Shown here piece by piece: positions 54,188 through 64,000 of a stretch of 64,000 nucleotides of DNA. Numbering within the stretch: position 1 is the first letter of the stretch; each line of letters begins with the position of its first letter. Below the pieces are notes generated by a model, which saw nothing but the letters and a program-made list of their open reading frames with translations, was not told where the DNA came from and ran no database searches. The translations under genes and the position numbers were made by a program. This DNA comes from Eledone cirrhosa (taxonomy: Eukaryota): contig OZ024741.1 of the NCBI GenBank assembly GCA_964016885.1, forward strand, positions 383,966,001 through 384,030,000, read 5' to 3'.

Positions 54188-56799
54188 GATGGCGATGATG
54201 ATGATTATGATAATAATGATGTCCTGAGCTAAATTTATTGGTGTTGCCACATGACGCATAAATAGCAATAAATCATATTATTATGGAGTAATAAAACTTA
54301 TTCTTCTTGTACTCTTTATCAATATTTTCTGCTTCATACACACATGCACTCATGCACACACACATACACACACACTCACACACAGAGAAAATACACACTA
54401 AACATAAAGGGATATAGAAATTGTATGGCATTGTTTCACCTAAGATAACAAGGTTCAACTAATAGCAAATTGTCAAATTGTATTGCTGTTCTTTGCACTA
54501 GTACTACTAATAGCAATCATAGTGTATCCCTTTTCAGATTGCTTCTAAAACTCTTTTATGTGCCTCCATTTTCACTTCGCCAATGTGTAACCACCAGCAG
54601 TTTCACTTTACTTCAATAGCTGATATTTTATTACAGCTTCAAATCAAAGAGAAATGTGCTATTAATAGGATAGTTTTTAACAATTATTCTTTGGAAATGA
54701 GATAATGGTTATGATTAGTATATTCTAAAGACTTATAATACAGGATTTAGGGATCAAAGATAGTTAATACTAACAGTATATCTTCACACTTACATCATAT
54801 TCTATATATAACTACTGTAGGTTTGAATCACTGTCTCATTAGAAACATTCTGAAATGCTGCTGCAGAAGAAATATAGTATTTATGGATCACTTTATTTTT
54901 CTGACACTTTTTCAATTTAATTGAATCCCAGTTCTCCACCAAATATTTGTCAAGTGTAAATTTCCTCTACCAAAGCATGCTATGAATAATATCACACTTG
55001 CAAATTTTCTAACACAAGCTGATTATTACACTTAATTTACATTCCTCTAAACATGCTTTACAAATAAAACAGAAAGGGAAAGCATTATTTCTTGACTCCA
55101 ACCCTCCATCTACAGATGTTCCTGTTAAATAGACATTAAGGGTGACATTCAACCATTGATCTCTGAAATCTTGTTACAGAAACTCTTTTATTTATGCTAT
55201 TTTTTTAAACTGAAAACTGAGCTAATAGAATAAAATAATCAGCTATTTCTTTGTTTGTATAGCACATGTGAAATAAATTTAGATTTAATTTCTTATTGTT
55301 TCAAATAAAGGATTTTTCTTTATATTTTTGTTGTTTTATCTGAAAAGAAGATCGGATTAATAAATAAAAATGAATGTGAGCATTCAAATAAAATATTTAA
55401 TTTGTCATTTTTAACAAACAGCAACACTTTCCTGCTGTTCATACTAGAGACTTTTTTAAATCCCGTCTGAGTTGATAATGTTTGGGCGAAAAATGCAAGA
55501 GTCAGTGATGGATACCACCTGAGATCCAAGGACTGAACGCTTAATGCTCAATTCAACAGCAGGTGCAGGAGAGTTGTATGGTTCAGTTGTAGACCTATGA
55601 AACTGATAGATATTTCCTTAGCTTGCAGTGCTGACCACATGTGGGTGGATATAGTCTAAACTGGCTTAAATAAGTGGTGTCCCAAACATACCGTGGCTAA
55701 TGAGAGAGTTCAAGTCACTTGCAATAACATATGACATCAGAATAAAATTATTATTGGATCTCCAAAGTCTTTTTCTACAAAAGTGATATATGAAGATTTT
55801 GAGATTATACAATATACTAATTATTCCTTTAATAAATAATTTGAATGAAGTTATGTATGAAAGCATTTCAAATGAAGTGATATTTTATGATTTCAGAACA
55901 AGATTACCAGACTTATACAAATCAAACTCACTGCCCATTACCTTCCATATCTATAAAATTTTAATGAATTCTAATTTGAATTTGTTTCCCTCTAGCTTTT
56001 GTTCTCATCAGAGTTAGTTAATGAAAAAATGATACTTCTCATCACTAGAATTTCTTCCTTTACTGCCTCAGTGTCCACTTTACTATTAAATTTTCATGTA
56101 GCTGGAGTCACTGGATATCTATCCAAGTCATTCTAATTTAATATTTAGCTACATATGACATTCAATTTTCAAATTATTCCAAAACTGATGTAGACTTGTA
56201 TTGATTCGGAATCAATAAAATCAGTACCAAAAATATACTGCAAATCGACTCAAACTTGTGCTTATAATTGTTATTTAAAGAGAGCATCAATTGTGGATTA
56301 TTGTTAGAATAGAGAGTAAAAATGTCTCTGATTTTCTGGCAATTCTAAGTATAGATGTGTTTATATTTTTTCTATGGAGAATTTGTTCTGATATACAAAG
56401 TGTTAAGGAAATGGAATAAAAAATAAACTGCAAAGGCTATATATATATATATATTTATGAATTTCTCATATCTTGCTGTAGAACATTACAGCTGAATTGT
56501 TGTTTTGAGAAATGTACTGTATTCACTTCCTTTTCTTGTCATCTCTCCATGCTTCTTGGTCCATTTACTTATTAGTATTTATATTGTCCGTTTAAGTTAA
56601 ACGTTCGTTTAACTTTTCATAATTAAGGTCGAATCTGTAAGTCCTTTATATAAAAATAAGGTTCTCGTTAACTTTCCCATTTCTCTTCCCTCCCCCTGCC
56701 CCCACACTCCACCATTACTATTTGGTCCAATCATAATTCAGCGGCTTATAATATATAATATAATATGTTTCTCTTACCAATCTCTTTCACAAAACCACT

Positions 56800-58275
56800 G
56801 CCTCGGCTATTACTCCTTAAGTTTAGACCGGGTTGCTTTTTGATATGCTAGATGGACTACAGAATTTGGAGAGTCTGAAGAATCTGAACACTCAATGACA
56901 ATGTTAAAGATAAAGATAAATTCACCTTCTGTTGCCGGATGAGAATGCAAGGACTCCTCTTTATTTCAGACATGGATGGCTAACATAACCCCATCACCCT
57001 CACACCTCCCTGCACCTCCAAACCATCCCTTCCACCCACCCAACGAAATCCAAAACTTCAGAGTTGGTACCATGAATGTAGGCACTTTAAAAGGTCCTTC
57101 AAATGAGGTTGTAAAGATGCTTGAATGTAAGGAAGTTGATGTTTGTTGTGTTCAAGAGACTAGGTTGAGGGCTGGGTCTGCTAGATTCATTGTGGGTAAA
57201 AAACGATGCTATAAACTTTTCTGGGTGGAAAATGACAATAGGCTGGGTGGAGTAGGAATTAGCAGAAAAATGGGTAGATAAGGTAATTGCAGTAAATAGA
57301 GTGAACGACAGAATAATTAAAATAAGACTAGTCCTAAATAGAACTACTGTGGCAATAATATCCGCTTACGCACCCCAATCTGGACTACATGGAGTTATAA
57401 AAGACAGATTCTAGGAGTCACTAATGCTTACTACCTCCCAAATAACCGACAGTGACTACATAATTATTGCTGGTGACCTAAATGGTCATGTTGGACAACA
57501 TCGTGATGGCTATGACGGAATCCATGGAGGCTATGGGTTTTGTACTAGATATGAGGAAGGCTTCAGAATCCTGGAATTCTGTGACACTAATAACCTAACT
57601 ATCTGTAACACAAACTTAAAAAAACGAGACAATCACTTGATCACCTATAGATCAGGGGAACATGCCAGTCAGATAGATTATATCCTTACCAGAAGACATG
57701 ACAAAGTGTTGTTGTAAACACTAAATCCCTCCCCAGTGAAGAATGCACCTCCCAACATAGCCTCATAGTTAGTGACCTCATAGTCAGGACTAGACGTACT
57801 CAATAACAGAGGAGGACTACCCTGAGGAGAAGAATATGGAAGTTAAAGGACCCCACAACCAGTAACAAATTTAAAAGCGGACGTAAAATAATGATGATGA
57901 TGATGATGATGATTACTTGATGCTTTTGACAGTAAGGAAGAGCAATTAGAGACGTACAATATAGAGGAACAGTGGGAATTCCTGAAAGTTTACCTGCTGA
58001 AGGTGACAGATGAAATCTGTGGCTGGAGCAGACCTATAGGCAGGGGGAGAGTAACTTGGTGGTGGAACAGTAAGGTGGAGGAGACAATCAAGGCCAAAAA
58101 GCAGGCTTGGAAAGCATGGCGGGATGGGGCAAGTAGAGAACACTATCAAGTGGCCAGGAGAGAAGCTAAGAGACACGTGTACTTAGCAAGAAGGGAAGCA
58201 GAGGAAAGAAAGATCAAGCATGTTCTACAATGCGAGGACCAAAAATGTGAGATGTTCAGGATTGCAAGACAATGC
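56800..58275 (+). mobile_element. decayed RTE LINE 5' part (APE endonuclease + linker)
   Basis: RVGTMNVGTL, DVCCVQETR, SAYAPQ, IAGDLNGHVG, SQIDYIL and TWWWN motifs with stops and frameshifts. Confidence 0.88.
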
Positions 58276-58878
58276 ATGTGTGTAATATATATATATATTT
58301 ATAAATATATATAAATGTCAGTATGTATGTATACGTACATACATATATGCATACAGACGTACAGTAGTATGTATATATATACACGTATCGGTTTACCAAA
58401 CATTTATTATAATGTTCGGTTTGTTTGTAACATTTAAGTAACTGCCGTACTAAGAGTGAGAAATGAAATTTCGTTTCATTCTATTCCATAAATATATATA
58501 TATACATATATATACAGAGAAGGATGGAAAAGTGCATTAAACTCGAAGAGGATTACTTTGAAGGGGAAATCATATAGTTTGTTGTTTGAAATTGGAATAA
58601 ATTGTTTGTGGCACCTGTCCCATTACTTTTCAGATAGACTTCCCATATATAGAGGGTCGGACGCCATGCTTTGATGCATAGAGTTACAGCCCTTGCTATT
58701 CTGAGTTCAAATCCCGCCGAGGTTAACTTTGCCTTTCATCTTTACAGGGTCGATAAAATAAAGTACCAGTAATGCATTGGGTAATTGCTGGACTTGTGCC
58801 AAAAGTAGAAACAATTATCATCATGGGATGGGTCGGTCCTATTTAGCATCTCTCAACTTATATATATATATATATATA

Positions 58879-58960
58879 TAGGAAAATGTATGTCCCTGAC
58901 GGCAGCGCTCAAGCCGTTTCGATGGTTTGAGCTCTGCCGTCGGGAACATACATTTTCCTA
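58879..58960. repeat. 39-bp GC-rich hairpin with TTCG apex
   Basis: On the + strand, 2 mismatches and 3 GU pairs. The minus strand reads GAAAC GGC...GCC GTC AGGG, the 3' half of a hammerhead. Confidence 0.85.
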
Positions 58961-59126
58961 TTACCCACTCTACCACCCTAAGTATTGAGTACTCTGGTGC
59001 GTTATGGTCCATCTGGTTCCTTACCACAACTCCTTCATTATATATATATATCCAGGAGATTCCAACCAGAATGGTTGCATTTTTTAAGGGTATGTCAATA
59101 TTTATTTATAAAACTAACCTATATTA

Positions 59127-59192
59127 TATTTTATCTGATGAAAGCGCACCATAGTTTGCTCTGATGGCCCTTGAAATATGTATAATGAAATA
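59127..59192 (+). ncRNA. type I hammerhead ribozyme
   Basis: UAUUUUAU CUGAUGA AAG..CCAU..AUGG..CUU GAAA UAUGUA UA AUGAAAUA: 8-bp stem I with one GU pair, imperfect stem II. Confidence 0.62.
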
Positions 59193-59234
59193 AATATGGT
59201 TTTATAAATATAATTTCCATTTGTTACTATATTG

Positions 59235-59266
<32 letters not shown>

Positions 59267-59554
59267 TATATATATTAATATAGTAATAATAATAAATTTG
59301 AAGACTAAAATACAAAGAGGGCTCGATAAGGATAAATATATATCAAATATATAAGAACCGTAGAGCAAATATTTATTAAAATAACAGATTAAAGCGATTC
59401 TTTGCTTAAACTTTAATCTGTTATTTTAATAAATATATATTAATATATATATATATATATATATATATAAGTGGAGAGATGCTGTGCTGAATAGGTCCCA
59501 TCCCAGCCTTGCAAGCAGGGAAAAGCGGACGTAAAATGATGATGATGATAATGA

Positions 59555-59887
59555 TCATCATCATTTCATTTTACGTCCACTTTTCTCTGCTTGCAAGGGT
59601 GGGACGGGAACTGATTCTGGCTTGATTTCTACAGCTGGATGCCCTTCCTAACACAACCTCATTTACAGTGAGTGCTGGGTGCTTTTTTGCCGTGGCACCT
59701 CCATGACCACTTTGCAGTGGAATGATATGGACCCCAGTCCCTATCATCTCATTTCTACAGCTGAGTAAACTGGAGCAATGTGAAATAAAGTGTCTTGCTC
59801 AAGGAAACAACACATCACCCGGTCTGAGAATTGAACTCACAACCTTTCGATTGCAAGGCCAATGCTCTAACCACTAAGCCATGTGCC
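59555..59887 (-). mobile_element. SINE family 2
   Basis: Near-identical reverse complement of 37721-38056. Confidence 0.85.
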
Positions 59888-60109
59888 TATATATGGGAAG
59901 TCTATCTAAAAAGTAATGGGACAGGTGCCACAAACAATATATTTCAATTTCAAACAACAAACTACATGATTTCCCCTTCAAAGTTGAAGGCCCCCTGCTC
60001 CTGGGGTCGTCTTCCACATCCTCGCGTCCCTTTACACCTTTTGTGCCACTCAAAAATCCATGAGATTGTGGAAGCTAAAGGACCTCCCTATAAAATATAG
60101 GTTTAGAAA

Positions 60110-61922
60110 ATCCCTACATAATGTGACAAGAAGAAGGAAGTAGGATTTAGATACATATATAGAAGACAATTAGAAGTTTCTATGAGACAATCTACTGCAG
60201 GCTACCAACAAGACTGAAGCGAAGCACCAGACAAAGAATTACCTGATGGTGGAATAGCACTGTTGATAGGGATGTTACTGCCAAGAAACAGGCATAAAAG
60301 AACTGGAAAAATTGAAGCAACAGAGAGCAGTAACAGGTAGTTAAAAGAAAAGCTAGATGACAATTATATATAACACACAAAGAAGCTGAATGTAAAAGGT
60401 TTGCCAATTTTTTGCAATGGGATCAGAGACATGAGGTGTTTTGCATTGCAAAGTTTGTCAGTTTAGACTCGGATGTTGTGGGCGAAAAGTGTATTCAAAA
60501 TGACAATGGGGGAAATGTCATTATGAGAGCTTCATGAATGTGGAAGAAAATGAGTCTGACCCAACAGAGGGATCAGCCATCAAAATTGACAGCTAAGTTG
60601 TAAAAGAGATTAATACAGCTAATTAGAGAAAGAGTCAAATAAGTTGAGATAGTTTGGTTTTGTACCAGGAAGGAACACCCCTAATGACTTCTTAGGAAGA
60701 CAGTTTCAAGAGAAGTTCCTAGCTAAGAGTAAGCCTCTATATCTAATTTTTCTTGACCTGGCAAAAGCCTTTAATAGAGTACCACGATCTGTCATCTGGT
60801 GGTCCCTAAGGAAATTAGGTGTAGAAGAAAAGCTTGTGTGACCAGTGCAACCCATATTAAAGGAGATGTCAGTAAAGTGGAAGTAGGTAAGAGATGTTTA
60901 GAGAGAAATTCAATGTGTTGGTAGGTGTTCATCAGCCCACTCAAGTTCATTGTAGTTCTCTAGGCCAGAGGAGTTTAAAACTGGTTGACCATGGAACTTC
61001 TGTATGGTGACAAATCTGTGGAAAAGCTAGAGGAGAAATTCCAACTTTGAAAATGGAATTTAAAGTCAAAAGGACTTAGAGTAAACGTGGAAAAAACGAA
61101 AGTTTTAGTAAGTAAGAAGGAAGACAGGATTCTGATCCTATAATGGAAGTGGCCCTGCTTGATATGTAGAAAAGGAATAGGTAGAAACTCTAATTGGGGT
61201 ACACAAAGTAAATCCTGGGCACAAAAGAGGTGTAGTGGGATAGCTGAAAAGGTAGACTTCATATGTGGCAGATGTACAGGGATAGTTGGTAGTAAGAGCA
61301 TGAAAAATTTTTTTTCCAATCCCAGAAAGGTTCCATAAAAGTAGTTAATAGATTCTGCTACCTAGGTTATTGAATCAGTGAAGGAAGTTGCACTAACAGC
61401 ATAGTGTCTAAGATAAGAACATGATAGAAGAGTTCAGCAAGATACTGTCTCTGTTGACAACAAAATGTTTCTCTTTAGAAAAAGTAAGGCTGTATGATAC
61501 CTGTGTTCAAAGTGCGATGTTACATGGGAGTGAGACATGGTCAATGACCGCTGAGGATATGCAAAGGCTAGAAAGAAATGAAGCAATCATGCTCTGGTCG
61601 ATGTGCAATGTGCATAAACGACAAAGCATAGATGAGCTGAGAGAAAAGATGGATATATGAGGAATCAGATGTAGCATGCAGGAGATGACTGCACTGGTAT
61701 GGCTATGTAATGCTTATGGATGATGATCATTGGGTCAAAAGTGCCAGAAGTTTCTAGTGGAATGAGACAAAGGAGGAACTGGACTAAGGTTGTGAGAGCC
61801 AATCTCAAATCGCTGAAGCTCAGTGAGAAGATGACAAAGGACTGCAACAAGTGGCAGGATGCTGTGTTGGAAAAGACCCACCAACCCAGGCATAGAAAAA
61901 TGGATGTAAAATGATGATGATA
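60110..61922 (+). mobile_element. old decayed RTE LINE (RT to 3' tail)
   Basis: Broken DLAKAFNRVPR, KWPCLICRKGIG and AMLHGSETW motifs; (GAT)n tail. Confidence 0.85.
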
Positions 61923-61956
61923 TATATATATATATCATCATCATCATTTTACATCC

Positions 61957-62027
<71 letters not shown>

Positions 62028-63263
62028 GAAAAGGACAGAACAACATGTACCTGGATGTACAATGCCTGAAAACAAAGAATGTATGATCCCAACTTGAACG
62101 CCTCTCATCACAAACTTGTTCAATTAGGATTTACCTAATTTAAGAGCTAAACAACAATATCAACAATAACAATAAATACTTTAATAACATAGTCTATATT
62201 ATCTGATACACTATATGACCTTATAGAATGACCACCATTTATAGCGTCTTCTTTTAAGATATATTTCATTAATATATTTTCCTTTTAATAATTCTTTGTT
62301 GTTGTTGTTACCCCTTCAAGCCATCTCTAATCTAGCTATCTTATTCTGAAAAGCTTTTCAGCTTTGACCAATCCTTATTACTTTAGGAATATATAATTTT
62401 CAGACATTTAGCCTAGATATATCTAGGACTACAATATCCAATGTATCTTTACATTTTTAAGATGGTAAGATGGATTTTGGCTGGTTATATTTGTTGGTCT
62501 GTTATTTGTTCCTGGCCAAATATAATTGAGGCCTGTCCCTGCTGTTATCAGGCTCTCCAACTAGGAATAGGTCAAGGCCAGAGGTGAAATGTAGGCCTCA
62601 TTTCAAACTTCTCATTAAGTATTTCAATAATCAGTGCTAAATACGCATGATTTATATATGGGGTATGGGTATATCTCTGATCGATCGACAAGATCCCAGA
62701 CCTCACTCACTTACTAAGTTACTGAGTCAGGTAGACCTCATCAAATCAGACCAAGGAAACAATGTTTCCATTGCTGATACAATCTACCGGTTGCAACTCC
62801 CAGCAGAAGGAACAATGTGAAATAAAGTGTCTTGCTCAAGAACACAACACATCAACTGGTACGAGAATTGAACTCGCAACCTCATGATTGTGAATCCAAA
62901 TCTCTAACCACTAAGCCACGCAAGTACATATAGTGTAGATGGTGTACTTGTAAGGAACAGAAGAAAATGAACGAACTAAAAATCAAGTTGTGTAGATACC
63001 CACAAAATCTTCAGTCCATGCTAAGTGGTTTACCTCACAAATGATGAAAGGAAACATAGACATTCCTTTTCATAATAAACAGTAGACAAAAGTTTTTAGC
63101 CCTCTAAAAACACTTTGTACAACAGCACTGTACCGTTGATAAGAAACAAACTGCTGACTTTTCCATTAATGTTTCCAGTATTTTATCATGTTAATTTCCA
63201 ACTTTAAGTCCAAATTCTGACGTGCCTATGATTATAAGAAATATCATTATTTCACTGGGCGAG

Positions 63264-63662
63264 GGCGGTGGATTGACAATATCGTTAGAGCGTCGGACAT
63301 ACTTTGCGGCATATAGTTACGTCCCTTTACACTCTGATTTGCCTTTCATTCTTACGGGGTCGATAAAATAAAATACCAGTACCACACTAGAGTAGATTTA
63401 ATGGACTTTCCGCTCCCCCAAAATTATTGGCCTTGTGCCTAAATTAAACACCATTATTTCACTAGACTTCGGGGCGGTGAATTAGCAGTATCGGTAGAGA
63501 GTCGCACGCCATGCTTTTCAGCATAGTTACGTCCCTTTACGATCTGAGTTCAAATCCCGCCGAGGTTAACTTTGCCTTTCATCCTTACGGGGTCGATAAA
63601 ATAAAGTACCAATAATGTACTGGGTAATTGCTGGCCTTGTGCCAAAAGTAGAAACAATTATT
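63264..63662 (+). mobile_element. two tandem SINE family 1 copies
   Basis: Units at about 63264-63458 (older, internally deleted) and 63472-63662. Confidence 0.8.
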
Positions 63663-64000
63663 TCACTAGACTCCAATCGTAGTTTAGTCCTAGGGAAGCA
63701 TAGATAGAGCGAATATAAAACGTCAGGCTGCTGGAACATTTTTGATGCCACAGGGAACCCCTCCATAAAAATTGTCCTCTATGTTCGGCTCTTGTGGCCA
63801 ATAATAAAGAAATCATTATTAATATCGAGCTCCTTTTGAGGTTGAAACCTCTATAATGACCAAGGATTTCCAACAATGCATGTATAGTAAAATTACAAAT
63901 ATAAAATTAAACAAAGGTTACTCAAAAATGCATTAGTTTATTTATCACTGTTTCTCGCGGAACCCCTAGCGACCACTTGCAGAACCCTTGGGTTCTGGTG

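Noticed and set aside
55970-56017. Minus-strand CTGATGA...GAAA motif
   Set aside because: No stem II pairing; chance match.

Overview
AT-rich, microsatellite- and transposon-dense eukaryotic DNA. The SINE/RTE repertoire resembles an octopod cephalopod (inference from recalled repeat families, not verified). One host gene is supported: six + strand coding exons (10619-49086) that splice in frame into about 370 aa with three Ig-like domains and a GPI-signal-like tail; its signal-peptide exon was not found. The rest is RTE LINEs (one nearly intact, with a PHD finger in the RT region), decayed L1/Tx1, CRE-like, CR1/L2-like and Penelope elements, two tRNA-derived SINE families, and mariner, piggyBac and hAT remnants. 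The most notable unannotated signal is a set of about 10 hammerhead-ribozyme (HHR) motifs from several unrelated short elements, most abutting (TA)n tracts and most arranged as fold-back palindromes. One is a retrozyme-like tandem with a 319-nt monomer and a covarying U3-A8 core. All structures were paired by eye, and repeat boundaries are approximate.
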